Part shown: piece by piece, positions 1 through 9,517 of the stretch | Position numbering within the stretch: position 1 is the stretch's first letter | Layout: each line of letters opens with the position of its first letter | From: a virus | Strand: one strand, 5' to 3' | Length of the DNA stretch: 37,117 nucleotides | IMG/VR virus record: IMGVR_UViG_3300019477_000150 | Translations under genes and position numbers: made by a program | The notes under the pieces: generated by a model | Seen by the model: only the letters and a program-made list of their open reading frames with translations | Told to the model about the DNA's origin: nothing | Database searches by the model: none

Positions 1-1013
1 CAAATTTAGCAAACGAGCAAAATAATATAGATAGGCTAAACGAAAACATACGTCACAATATGTCAACCGAAACTGAAACAGCGAATAACAATGCCATAAA
101 TCAAGGGCTTAAGCGTGACGAGCTTGGGATAAAAGGGCAAGAGTTAAACTTAAAAGCGAACAAATATCAAAACGACGCCTATCACAATCAACAAATGGCA
201 AATATTGCTATGCAAAACGCAAATACAAACGCAAACAGACTTAATTTTGACGTACAAAGATACAATAATGGGTTAAATAGTGATAGTTTAGAAACCAATT
301 TAGCATTTGAGAAGCTAGGGGCAAAGTTGCCTGATTGGGCAGAGAATATGTCTCCGCAAGAAGTGCAAGCTTACAAAAAAGCGGTTATAAATGTAGAGAC
401 AAATAAAGCCTTAAATGGGGCAAGTGGGTCTCTTGTGGATAGAAAACAACTAGCACAAAAATCGGTGCAAAATTTAAGCGATCTAAAAACACTGCTTGAT
501 AGCCTAAAAAGGGCGAAAGAAAAATATAGCCCTACAAACACTGGGTGGCTTGATACTGCATTGCATAGTGGGGCAAAATATTTGGGTTTTGACGGCAAGC
601 AAATGAACGATTTTAGATCTGCTCTAAACAACGCAATGCTTTTTGCAAAAGGCGTGTTTGGTGACGGTAAGATGTCGAATTTGCAATATCAGCAGCTCAT
701 AAATAGTTTTCCAACTGGGGATGAAGCAAGCGATAAGGCTTTTATTTCAAATTATGACGCCACTCTTGACGCGTTGGGGTCATACTATAAAAATACAGTT
801 GAACAAATGCAAAATGGGGGCGTTGATATGAGAGAGTTTGAAGGAATGCTCCCAGAGATACAGTCGCAGATTAACGGGCTTTACTACAACCCAAGAGGGG
901 AGCCTGAAAGACAAAAAATCTCACCTCAAGAAGGACGAAGTATTGGGGCAAACCAAAACAACTCACAAAGAAATTATATAGACGCAAAAACACTTGGCAT
1001 AAATTTTAGATAG
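1..1013 (+). CDS. Virion structural protein, 3' part of the gene that starts at 36840 and crosses the circular junction. Helical, Q/N-rich, about 387 aa in total; possibly an internal/ejection protein.
   Basis: The reading frame opened at ATG 36840 runs into the window end, and the frame continues from position 1 (because of the 127-nt terminal redundancy) to the stop at 1011..1013. The ORF track's 60..1013 lies in the same frame. Confidence 0.6.
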   Translation, partial: NLANEQNNIDRLNENIRHNMSTETETANNNAINQGLKRDELGIKGQELNLKANKYQNDAYHNQQMANIAMQNANTNANRLNFDVQRYNNGLNSDSLETNLAFEKLGAKLPDWAENMSPQEVQAYKKAVINVETNKALNGASGSLVDRKQLAQKSVQNLSDLKTLLDSLKRAKEKYSPTNTGWLDTALHSGAKYLGFDGKQMNDFRSALNNAMLFAKGVFGDGKMSNLQYQQLINSFPTGDEASDKAFISNYDATLDALGSYYKNTVEQMQNGGVDMREFEGMLPEIQSQINGLYYNPRGEPERQKISPQEGRSIGANQNNSQRNYIDAKTLGINFR

Positions 1014-1022
1014 GAAATAAGA

Positions 1023-4000
1023 ATGGCTTGGATAAAAATACCTGAAAACAAAACTGAAATGCAGATAGGCGGCAACTGGGTAAAAATACCTAATGGCATG
1101 AAAGAGGTCGAGATACCTGATAATTTATTAGGCACGCAGTCAGCAAATAGCACACCAGCTTATGCGCCGCCTGCTCCTGATATGAGTAAAGCAGTAGATG
1201 CTACACCAAAAGAAAAGACGTGGTATGACAAAGTTGGCGAGTTTGCAGATAAAATCTCTCCAATAAATGTCATAAAAGGGGTAGGTAAAGAGTTAGGGGG
1301 AATGCTTGAGCATTCTCACTATGACGGGGCTACTGGCGAAGAATTAGAAGCAAAAAAAGCTACTGAAGCGCTATCAAGAGCAAAACATGCAAGCGATGAT
1401 AGAAACATTATCTCACAGCTTGCAGGTGACGAAAGTAAAGATCAAGCAGTAAAAGAAAGAACCGAAAATTTGCTCTACAACTGGGCTAAAAAGAATAATT
1501 ATGATGACGTAAGAGAGGCTAATGGCAAGTATTATTTACAAAAAGGAGATAATTTTATCCCAGTAGATGAGCCAGGTATCGGCGATAGCGTCTCAACCTA
1601 TTTAAACGAAATGGGCGTGCCTATGGGGGCAATAACTCTAGCGTCTAATCTTTTACCAAATAAAAAACTAAGTGCAGTGCAAAAGGCGGTAACTGCTGCT
1701 CTTGGTACAGCTGGAGCATCTGGCATTGGTGCTACAATGGACGTTTTTGCCGATAAAAGAATTTTAGGCGATGATAGCATAACCACTGATGATTATTTAA
1801 AACACGCTTTGCGTGGCGCAAGCGATGATGCTTTAGTCTCGGCTCCACTAGCGGCAATGGCATCGCCAGCGGTTAAAGAAGCTCTAAAAAAAGGGGCAAA
1901 AACAGCTTCTGATCTATCACTTGTAAAACCTCTTGCAAGATACGTGATAAATGACAATATTGGTGGGGCTGAAAAAGCAATAATGGATAAATTAGGCGGA
2001 GAGGCTAACGCAGCAGCAGCTCAAAATTTATCTAAAAATGCACTTGGCGATGACCTTTATAGGACTTTACTAAACGACGACCAAGCTTATGCTTTACCAA
2101 AAGTTGGCAATGAAAAGATACAAAAAGGCATTAACTACGTAAACGACAATATCTTAGCTCCAGCTCAAAAAATAACAAGAGATATGGTAAAGGGCGAGGG
2201 GACAAGAGAGCGAGAAATGGATCTATTTTTAACTGCTCTTGGTAACGATGCTAAGGGGGCGGATATAATTGCCGATGCAGTTGCTAGAGATCCAAAAAGC
2301 TTTTCAAAAATTTACAAAATGTCAAGCGACTTAAACGCAGACGCAAAAAATGCTTTTCTTAATATGATAGAAAAGAAAAAGACAGCAGATATTTTAAGCG
2401 GATACGAAAAACGTACAAAAGATAATTTTGGCGAGGTGATAAACGCCCTTGATGATGCCTTTGTGGGCAAAGAAGCAAGCGCAAATTTGCTCCAAGCTAA
2501 ACATGAACTTGGCACTCAGGCGTTAAGACTGCCAGCAGGGTATAAAGATAGCACATTGGAGCTATTAGGAAATATCAAAGGCTTTAAAGGGCTTAACGAA
2601 GTAAGAAACGTGCTAAGTGCTGATATGGCAAGGCTAACTGCTCCTGATGCTATCACAGCAGGCACTAAAAAAACACTTGGCAAGATGATAGAAGCAGTAG
2701 ATAATGCAATAGACAATGTCGCCGAGCAAGCCTTTAGTAACCCAGCTCTTAGCCAAAAAGCAAAAGATGTTTTAAAACAAGCAAGAAGCGAATACGCTCT
2801 TTTTAAAGAACTTCAAAACTCTAAAATTTACCATGATGTAATGGGTGAGCTAAAGAGTAGTGGCGATATAACAAACTCGCTCTTAAAAGCCCTAAATGCT
2901 GAAAATGGGCTTGATTTTAAAGCTCTTACAGCTAGATTAAGCAGTAGCGAGCAAGAAGCGCTAGAAACTAACTTAATCCGTGGGGTAATAGAAAAATTTA
3001 CCAAAGATGGGATAACTGACTTTTCTAAAGTAAGCAATACTTTAAAAAATGCTCCGTTTGAGAGCAAAAGAGCGGTAGAGATAATGGGTGAGCTAAACAA
3101 AAAAGCTCCTATACTAAATAACACGTCATCACTACTTGAAAAACTAACAGCGATTAATCCAAAGGCTAAAGAGCTACAACAAGGCATAGGGCATTCAGTA
3201 ACTGGAGCACTTATGACAATGAAGAGAAATTTAGCCATTGAAAGGTTAAAATCACTACTCCCAGTATTAGGCAATGACGCATCTTTAAAAAATCATATAA
3301 GAAATGCAATTAATAATGCAGGCGATCTAAAAAGCGTCATTAATAATCTTGAAAAGATAGAGATAAAAGATGCACCAGAGAACTCAACTAAACTACTAGA
3401 GGCTTTTAAAAACGAGGTAAAGGCGTTAAGAGAAGAGGCTCAAACTGGAGAGATAAAAGGGGATGGGTTTGTAGTAAAAAATGGTGGCAAACTTACTTTT
3501 ATGGATGAAGCTAAATTTGAGCTAAGTAAAGAGCTTCAAGGCAAGACTGATCTAGGTGAAAAAATATCAACTTCTTTAGCGTGGCTTCACTCAAAACATC
3601 CTGAAATGTTTGAGAACAAAAGAGCAGTTAAAGAACTAATTGATTATGTGCTTGATGAACCAAATACTATAAAGGCTGGAAAAAGCGAAAATAGTGTTTA
3701 TCTTGGTAAAAAAGATGGCACAAAAATAAAAGATATTGTGGTAAATAAAAGTGAAAATAAAATAATTCACGCAAATAGACGCAGGATGAGTACGGATGAA
3801 ATAAAGGCTGACGGTAAGGACGCCCACATCCCCTTACACACTGATACTATGCCAGCAGGGGCGACTGGTGCAAATGCACGTTCGTCAGCTGATGAAAGCA
3901 TTATACCAAAACAAACACAAGAATTAGATAAAACTTTAGAAAATAGAAATGTTAAGCCTTATAAGAATAAAGAGGATGCTCTTGTAAAAGAGGGTTATTT

Positions 4001-5159
4001 AAACCCAACATGGGAACCACAACTAAAGACTATTGCAAAAGAGCATGCCTTAGACGAAGCAAAACTAAAAGAGATTTTTTTAGACCAAACTATCAACACA
4101 TCAAAGGGGAGAAAGCCTAACTTCTTTTTAGACTTAGGAGATATTGTACCAACTTATGGTAAAAGCAAACGCTCCCCTGAATACACTAATAATTTAAGAG
4201 AAATAGACAATAAGTTACAACAAGCATACGAGGCTTTTGTGAAACCACTAAGTGCTAGTGAAAGCAAAAAAATAAAAACCCTTTATGCTAATCCGCACAT
4301 AGCAAGCGGCTTACTTGGTGGCACAGCAAATGGTGCTGATGAAAACGGCAACGTAAGCCCTGAAGAGTTTGCAAAAGGTTTTGTATATGCATTGTTTGGG
4401 TCAAAGATAACAGCCGAGGGAGTAAAAAAAGTAAGCCCTGAACTTTATAATAAGATACTAAGCATATCAAAAAAGCCAAGCGAAGAGATAAAAAAGATAG
4501 TAGATAATGCAGGAGTGGATAAACTTGCTAAACAAGAAAAAAGGGGTATTTATAATGTTACATATAATGGCAAATTTTCAACCCCAGTTTATAAGGATTT
4601 AGAGGATGTAGAGGGAGCGGTAAGATATGCGATAGGGAATAAAAACAAAGGAGCCAAGCATATCGAGATAAAGCATTTAGAAGACACAACAAAGGAAGGT
4701 TATGTTACGAAGCAAGAACTATTAAATATGGGCGAGAATATGCGTAAATTTATAAAAGAATATAAAGAACCATTTATAAATGATCGCAAAGCAAGGCTTT
4801 ATGAGTGGGAAGATAAAGATGGTGTAAGATTTAGGCTTGTCATAAATGATATAAAAGATAAAAACGGAGGAAGCGGGATACACTCCGCAATTACTTCAAC
4901 CTCCGCTAATGATGACATTATAACCTTTTATTCTGATAGAAACTTAAAAGAGCCGATGAAGTTTGAGAACCCAAAGCTTAAGCTACTTGATGCAATAGAC
5001 ACAAGTAGCGACAAGGTAGGCTTAGTTAAAAAAGTGCTGCTAAACAAAGACGTAAGTGACGGAGTAAAAGCTAAAGCAGTAAATAGGCTAACTAAAAATA
5101 AAATTAGTCAAGGTGCAAAAACTAGCTATATATCTACTAAAAACTCAGATAACAATTAG
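1023..5159 (+). CDS. Very large (1378 aa), mostly alpha-helical virion protein. Candidate internal-core/ejection or polyvalent protein; the C-terminal roughly 300 aa form a distinct domain (GAKHIEIKH...).
   Basis: Uninterrupted ORF 10 nt after the previous gene. Composition is Ala/Lys/Glu-rich and helical. It sits between scaffold and capsid genes, and no tape-measure gene occurs elsewhere in the window. Confidence 0.5.
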   Translation: MAWIKIPENKTEMQIGGNWVKIPNGMKEVEIPDNLLGTQSANSTPAYAPPAPDMSKAVDATPKEKTWYDKVGEFADKISPINVIKGVGKELGGMLEHSHYDGATGEELEAKKATEALSRAKHASDDRNIISQLAGDESKDQAVKERTENLLYNWAKKNNYDDVREANGKYYLQKGDNFIPVDEPGIGDSVSTYLNEMGVPMGAITLASNLLPNKKLSAVQKAVTAALGTAGASGIGATMDVFADKRILGDDSITTDDYLKHALRGASDDALVSAPLAAMASPAVKEALKKGAKTASDLSLVKPLARYVINDNIGGAEKAIMDKLGGEANAAAAQNLSKNALGDDLYRTLLNDDQAYALPKVGNEKIQKGINYVNDNILAPAQKITRDMVKGEGTREREMDLFLTALGNDAKGADIIADAVARDPKSFSKIYKMSSDLNADAKNAFLNMIEKKKTADILSGYEKRTKDNFGEVINALDDAFVGKEASANLLQAKHELGTQALRLPAGYKDSTLELLGNIKGFKGLNEVRNVLSADMARLTAPDAITAGTKKTLGKMIEAVDNAIDNVAEQAFSNPALSQKAKDVLKQARSEYALFKELQNSKIYHDVMGELKSSGDITNSLLKALNAENGLDFKALTARLSSSEQEALETNLIRGVIEKFTKDGITDFSKVSNTLKNAPFESKRAVEIMGELNKKAPILNNTSSLLEKLTAINPKAKELQQGIGHSVTGALMTMKRNLAIERLKSLLPVLGNDASLKNHIRNAINNAGDLKSVINNLEKIEIKDAPENSTKLLEAFKNEVKALREEAQTGEIKGDGFVVKNGGKLTFMDEAKFELSKELQGKTDLGEKISTSLAWLHSKHPEMFENKRAVKELIDYVLDEPNTIKAGKSENSVYLGKKDGTKIKDIVVNKSENKIIHANRRRMSTDEIKADGKDAHIPLHTDTMPAGATGANARSSADESIIPKQTQELDKTLENRNVKPYKNKEDALVKEGYLNPTWEPQLKTIAKEHALDEAKLKEIFLDQTINTSKGRKPNFFLDLGDIVPTYGKSKRSPEYTNNLREIDNKLQQAYEAFVKPLSASESKKIKTLYANPHIASGLLGGTANGADENGNVSPEEFAKGFVYALFGSKITAEGVKKVSPELYNKILSISKKPSEEIKKIVDNAGVDKLAKQEKRGIYNVTYNGKFSTPVYKDLEDVEGAVRYAIGNKNKGAKHIEIKHLEDTTKEGYVTKQELLNMGENMRKFIKEYKEPFINDRKARLYEWEDKDGVRFRLVINDIKDKNGGSGIHSAITSTSANDDIITFYSDRNLKEPMKFENPKLKLLDAIDTSSDKVGLVKKVLLNKDVSDGVKAKAVNRLTKNKISQGAKTSYISTKNSDNN

Positions 5160-5190
5160 AAGCCCTATCTTTAGGGCTTACTCTCTTTTT
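5160..5190 (+). terminator. Rho-independent terminator (attenuator) between the 1378-aa gene and the capsid gene.
   Basis: Perfect 8-bp stem AAGCCCTA / TAGGGCTT with loop TCTT (5160..5179), followed by CTCTCTTTTT. Confidence 0.6.
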
Positions 5191-5290
5191 CAAAATCAAG
5201 TAAAAAATATTTTATTTTCTCAAAATTGGGTAGATTTGACACAGCGACAAATGATAAATTGCCATTAAATTGCATAAAAGGAGCAAAGAA

Positions 5291-6274
5291 ATGGCAATAA
5301 CTACAACTGGGTTTCAAGCCCCAGCTACAAAACGTGAAGGCTTAAAGCCCTCAGTCTACGAAAACATAATTTTAATAGGTGCTGACGAGACGCCTATACT
5401 AAAACTTATTGGCACTTCAAGTGTTAAAGGTATAGAGCACTCTTGGCTAACTGACAGCTTAGCTGCCCCAAAGAAAAACGCACAACTAGAGATTTCTGAC
5501 TTTGACGATCAGATCAAATCAAGCGTGCAAAAAACTTCAAATGCAGTGCAAATTTTTACTTCAAACGTTAGCGTTTCAAGAAGTATGCAAGCGGTGGCTA
5601 CTTACGGTGGTAAAGAGTTAGAGCGCGAGACAGCTAAAAGAGCGAAAGAGCATAAGCTAGATATGGAGTACGCTATCTTTGGTCTTGGTCGTGATGCTGA
5701 CGTTAAAAAGAGCGTGTTTAAAGCACCGACTGTTAGAACTGATGCAACAGCTGGCGAAATGGCAGGCTTATTTTATTTCTTGGCTAAAGGCTCAGCAGCA
5801 TTTGCAAGTGGTAAGCGTGGTAACGTTGTAGCGTTTGACAGCTCAGGTGATTGGAAAGGCACTCCAGCAGCACTAACTGAAACTGTGCTATCTCAACTAC
5901 TTCAAAATATTTGGGATGCAGGCACAACTCCAAAAGATGTGTTTATTGGTGCTGATCTAAAGCCAGCTATTAACAAAATAGCTACTAGACAATTTGGTAA
6001 CGAGAAAAACATCAACTCTAGCGTTGTTAGCCTAGACACTGACTTTGGCAGGGTAAATTTTAGACTTCACCGCTTCTTAAGCCCTAAATACGGATTAGGC
6101 GATTGTATCATTGCTGGCGACTTTGACTACATGAAAAATGGACTACTCGTGCCAACTGAACTAAAAGACGTGACTACTTCAAAAACAGCTATCCAAAAGA
6201 GATACTACACAGAAAGTTGTATCGAAGTAAGAAACGCAGACGCATTTGCAATAGGCGTTGGCTTAAAGGCTTAG
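5291..6274 (+). CDS. Major capsid protein candidate (HK97-fold MCP, about 327 aa, starting MAITTTGF...).
   Basis: Strong SD (AAGGAG) 8 nt before ATG 5291; the track's ATG 5270 has no RBS. It is preceded by a terminator and followed by a connector-like gene. The size and the separate scaffold gene fit an MCP lacking a delta domain. Confidence 0.5.
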   Translation: MAITTTGFQAPATKREGLKPSVYENIILIGADETPILKLIGTSSVKGIEHSWLTDSLAAPKKNAQLEISDFDDQIKSSVQKTSNAVQIFTSNVSVSRSMQAVATYGGKELERETAKRAKEHKLDMEYAIFGLGRDADVKKSVFKAPTVRTDATAGEMAGLFYFLAKGSAAFASGKRGNVVAFDSSGDWKGTPAALTETVLSQLLQNIWDAGTTPKDVFIGADLKPAINKIATRQFGNEKNINSSVVSLDTDFGRVNFRLHRFLSPKYGLGDCIIAGDFDYMKNGLLVPTELKDVTTSKTAIQKRYYTESCIEVRNADAFAIGVGLKA

Positions 6275-6276
6275 TA

Positions 6277-6654
6277 ATGCTTGCAACCGAAGCCAAAAAA
6301 CATTTGAGCTTTAAAACGACAGCAGGGGTTAAGCTCCCTGCTGATGATATGCTTGGCTCACTATTCTTAGAGGCTATGCTTTTTTGCTGCGATAAGTGCG
6401 TGCCAAATGTGCTTATTAGAAAACATAGTAGTGAAAAAGTATATCGAAACATTGAAGGAAACTGCTTTATTTGCGTGCCAGACGTGCCAAATTTCAGTAA
6501 CGACAAAGAGCACTTGCAAATAGACGAGAGCTTGAGTTATGCAGTGATTAACTACGTAGCTTTTTTAATAAACAAAGATACTTACTACCGCACGCTAGCA
6601 CTTGAGATAATAGCTGATTATAACGCAAATAATGGAGTGGAGTTTGGCATATGA
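6277..6654 (+). CDS. gp6-like head-tail connector / head completion protein, 125 aa.
   Basis: ATG 6277 lies 2 nt after the capsid stop, in frame with track ORF 6217..6654. The N-terminal ...ATEAKKHL... resembles the LEEaKaHLRiD signature of gp6/Phage_connect_1 proteins. Confidence 0.4.
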   Translation: MLATEAKKHLSFKTTAGVKLPADDMLGSLFLEAMLFCCDKCVPNVLIRKHSSEKVYRNIEGNCFICVPDVPNFSNDKEHLQIDESLSYAVINYVAFLINKDTYYRTLALEIIADYNANNGVEFGI

Positions 6655-6794
6655 GAGATTTAGAAAAAATAGAAGTTGTGGGATTGAAACTAAGCAATAT
6701 AGACCTTTTGCAGTTTTTTAAGGATATGGCGAAATGTTTAAAAAAATGCAATGAAGCAATCAAAAAAGCAGGGATAAAAAATGGTAAGCATTGA
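6651..6794 (+). CDS. Small hypothetical protein, 47 aa (MRDLEKIEVVGLKLSNIDLLQFFKDMAKCLKKCNEAIKKAGIKNGKH).
   Basis: ATGA overlap with the upstream stop (6651/6652..6654), and its TGA lies inside the tail-fibre start. This translational coupling on both sides supports a real gene. Not in the track because it is under 60 aa. Confidence 0.35.
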   Translation: MRDLEKIEVVGLKLSNIDLLQFFKDMAKCLKKCNEAIKKAGIKNGKH

Positions 6795-8754
6795 AGAATT
6801 AAAGCTAGGAAATGAAACATTAGAGGCATTAAAATATCTACTCCTAAATGTTAGTGAGCTTGAAGTTGAGCTAAAAACAATAGATATGGAAGAGCTAAGG
6901 CAAGCAAACACCTTAACAAAAGAGCAAATAGCGACTTTGCAAGATGTTAAAAATGCAGTTGAAACAATAAGCTCTGATTTAAGCCTAAAAAAATCAGATT
7001 TTGACGAGAAAAAACAAAATTTTGATACCAATATGAATGCTTTTAGAAACGATAAGGCAGACTTTGACGAGAAAAAGGCAGATTTTGATAGCAAGAATAA
7101 TACTGCAATAAGCAATTTTGCATTTATCGCCAGTAATATTGAAAAGATCAATAAAACAAGCGATCTACTAGTTGAGGCAAAAGCTATTTTAGAGCAAATC
7201 AAACCGATAGAGCAAAGGGCTCAAACAGTGCTTGAAACATTGGCTAATTCTCAAAGCAAATTTACTGAACTAGAAACTCTAAAAGCAACACTACTTGAAC
7301 TAAAAAGATCACTTGAAAACATAAGCACAACCGGGCTAATAAACGACACTAGCACAAGTACAACCACAACTTATTCAAGCGTAAAAATAAACACTCTAAC
7401 ACAAGGGCTACTAAGAGAAGCAGATGCTAGCGAGAACAACATAGGCGGCAAGATAGTGCGCCGTAACTCCGCTGGCAATATTTATGCCACAAATATTTAT
7501 ATAAACGAACCAACAAAGGCAGAAGTAACCACAATCAAGAACTCACTAGCCGCAGATAAATGGCGTTTTCTGGTACGCAATTCTGACGAGGGTATACTAA
7601 AATCAATGTCAATAAAAGACTTTATGGCGGGGCAAGAAGTAGACGCCTACACTAGAGCACAAAGTGATGCTAAATATGAATTAAAAAGCACGGTGTACAC
7701 AAAAACCGAGAGTGATGCAAAATACTTAAGAAAAGTAGACAAGATAGATGCTTATAGTAAAATCGAGTGCGACGCCACTTTTCTAAAAAAGACCGACAAG
7801 ATAGACGCATACACCAAAAAAGAGAGTAACGATAAATTTGCTCTAAAAACCGAACTAGCAGACGGCTTGCCAATCGGTGCATATCTAAGCTACCCAAGCC
7901 AAAAGACGATCCCTGCTGGCTTTTTGATAGCAGATGGTAGAAGTCTCAAAAAGGCAGAATACACCGAGCTTTTTGACGTGATAGGCTACACATACGGCGG
8001 CAGTGGCGATAATTTTAACTTGCCAAATTTCGCCGATGGTAAGTTCATGCGTTCTGTAGGTGGCAACGCAGCTGCCTTAGGTGTAGCTCAAGATGATGCA
8101 ATTAGGAATATCACCGGCACACTGCCTCCATACGATGCAGGAGGAATGCCTAGTGGTGGAGAGTATGGAGTTTTCAAACAACATTCGGGCGGTGGTCCAG
8201 TTGTCATTGGTGCTCAACAAACTAGATGGTACTATACGTTCGATGCTAGTAGAGTAGTACCTACAGCAAATGAGAATAGACCACTCAATATGGCAGTAGT
8301 GGTCATCATCAAGGTCAAAAATGTAAATACTCCAATAGCTGGGCAAATTGATAAAACAATACTTGCAACTGAAGCTAAATCGGGAATTGTTAAACTCAAA
8401 AACTCAATAACAGCCAAGCAAGAGGATGCAGCCGTATCCGAAAAGGCAGTTGCTGAAGCGATAGAGGCAAATAAAGGGCTAGGCATAGATCAAAGCTGGC
8501 AAGATGTGACTAGCCAAAGACGGTTTGGTGAAACATATACAAACACTACTGGCAAGCCTATATATATACAAGTAAATGTAAATAATACTGCTAATGTTTT
8601 ATTCTGGGTTGAAATAAATGGTCTAAATATAGTTCATAACGAGGACCTTAGGTGCGTTATGAACTATATTATCCCTCCAAATGCAACATACAAGGTATAT
8701 TCACAAAATGGTGCTACAAACTATGTCTATACAAAATGGTACGAATTAAGATAA
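6781..8754 (+). CDS. Tail fibre protein with phage tail-collar domain and tail-fibre repeats.
   Basis: The collar signature (...AEYTELFDVIGYTYGGSGDNFNLPNFADGKFMRS) matches the Pfam Collar LPDLRGRF region. There are tandem Y-x-T-K-x-E-x-D-A-K-Y repeats and DFDEKK repeats, with an N-terminal coiled coil. Confidence 0.85.
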   Translation: MVSIEELKLGNETLEALKYLLLNVSELEVELKTIDMEELRQANTLTKEQIATLQDVKNAVETISSDLSLKKSDFDEKKQNFDTNMNAFRNDKADFDEKKADFDSKNNTAISNFAFIASNIEKINKTSDLLVEAKAILEQIKPIEQRAQTVLETLANSQSKFTELETLKATLLELKRSLENISTTGLINDTSTSTTTTYSSVKINTLTQGLLREADASENNIGGKIVRRNSAGNIYATNIYINEPTKAEVTTIKNSLAADKWRFLVRNSDEGILKSMSIKDFMAGQEVDAYTRAQSDAKYELKSTVYTKTESDAKYLRKVDKIDAYSKIECDATFLKKTDKIDAYTKKESNDKFALKTELADGLPIGAYLSYPSQKTIPAGFLIADGRSLKKAEYTELFDVIGYTYGGSGDNFNLPNFADGKFMRSVGGNAAALGVAQDDAIRNITGTLPPYDAGGMPSGGEYGVFKQHSGGGPVVIGAQQTRWYYTFDASRVVPTANENRPLNMAVVVIIKVKNVNTPIAGQIDKTILATEAKSGIVKLKNSITAKQEDAAVSEKAVAEAIEANKGLGIDQSWQDVTSQRRFGETYTNTTGKPIYIQVNVNNTANVLFWVEINGLNIVHNEDLRCVMNYIIPPNATYKVYSQNGATNYVYTKWYELR

Positions 8755-8763
8755 GGAGCAAAG

Positions 8764-9105
8764 ATGAAACGATATAGAAATAAAAATAATGAAATTTATG
8801 CTTATGAAGATGATGTAAGTAAAGAACTACTAAATCAAAGAATAAAAGAGCTAGGGCTAACGTCAATAAGCGACGATGAGGCAAATAAACTTTTAGAGCC
8901 AAAGGTAGATGAAAAAGCTAAGCAACTAGCCGAGATCGAAGCCGAGATTGCCGAGTGTGAAAACCATATCCGCCATGCGCTAATCATAGGTAACAACGCC
9001 GTACTTGAAAATCTAAGGGCTGAATATAAAGAGCTAATCTCAGAGCGCGAAAAACTAAACGAAGCGAGCGAGCCGATAACGGTAGCGCCGACCGATCACT
9101 TGTAG
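8764..9105 (+). CDS. Hypothetical coiled-coil protein, 113 aa.
   Basis: ORF with SD AAGGAG upstream. Confidence 0.45.
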   Translation: MKRYRNKNNEIYAYEDDVSKELLNQRIKELGLTSISDDEANKLLEPKVDEKAKQLAEIEAEIAECENHIRHALIIGNNAVLENLRAEYKELISEREKLNEASEPITVAPTDHL

Positions 9106-9113
9106 GGGCAAAA

Positions 9114-9380
9114 ATGAGCTATTTTTTAATCTGTGTGCTATCCCTAATTTTAGGTATTTTGCTCTGTCCTATCGTGGTTTTTCTACGTGCTAGAAAGTGC
9201 GAAGGCTGGGATAACAGCAATATGACAAACATTATCAGGGTGTTTGCGCATTTGGCGACACACCCTGGCGACTTTGCCAAATTTCAATACGAAGATGGCA
9301 CAAAGCCGTTTTGGTATTTGAGTGGCGACGAATTCACGGATATTGTCAAAACTAGACCAAATAAAAAGGATAAAAAATGA
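9114..9380 (+). CDS. Hypothetical protein with N-terminal TM helix, 88 aa.
   Basis: ORF; hydrophobic N-terminus. Confidence 0.4.
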   Translation: MSYFLICVLSLILGILLCPIVVFLRARKCEGWDNSNMTNIIRVFAHLATHPGDFAKFQYEDGTKPFWYLSGDEFTDIVKTRPNKKDKK

Positions 9381-9517
9381 GAGTAAGAATAAAAAGATGT
9401 GAAGTGTGTGCGAGCAAGCTAGATAAAGACGGCAACTGCACTTGGGACGGATGCCCTAAAAGCCCTAAATATAAAGAAAAAGAGCAAGAAAAACCAAAAG
9501 ACAAAAAGGATGAGTGA
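9377..9517 (+). CDS. Small zinc-ribbon protein, 46 aa (MRVRIKRCEVCASKLDKDGNCTWDGCPKSPKYKEKEQEKPKDKKDE).
   Basis: CxxC...C...C pattern and SD AAAGGA 7 nt upstream. ATGA overlap with the upstream stop and TGATG overlap with the downstream start. Absent from the track because it is under 60 aa. Confidence 0.45.
   Translation: MRVRIKRCEVCASKLDKDGNCTWDGCPKSPKYKEKEQEKPKDKKDE

Noticed and set aside
1-127. Terminal repeat as a biological direct terminal repeat or IS/LTR
   Set aside because: A gene reads seamlessly across the junction in frame and no transposase is present. An assembly overlap of a circular or permuted genome explains it more simply.
371-4479. Set of 60-150-aa minus-strand ORFs inside the large + structural genes (371..631, 1598..1786, 2312..2716, 2828..3274, 3636..3827, 4288..4479)
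   Set aside because: All are antisense shadows within long, overlap-coupled plus-strand genes. They are Ser/Leu/Phe-rich (AT-rich antisense), with no RBS or coupling.
6738-7202. 154-aa minus-strand ORF
   Set aside because: It lies entirely antisense within the tail-fibre gene start and small upstream genes, has low-complexity composition and no RBS. It is a shadow ORF.
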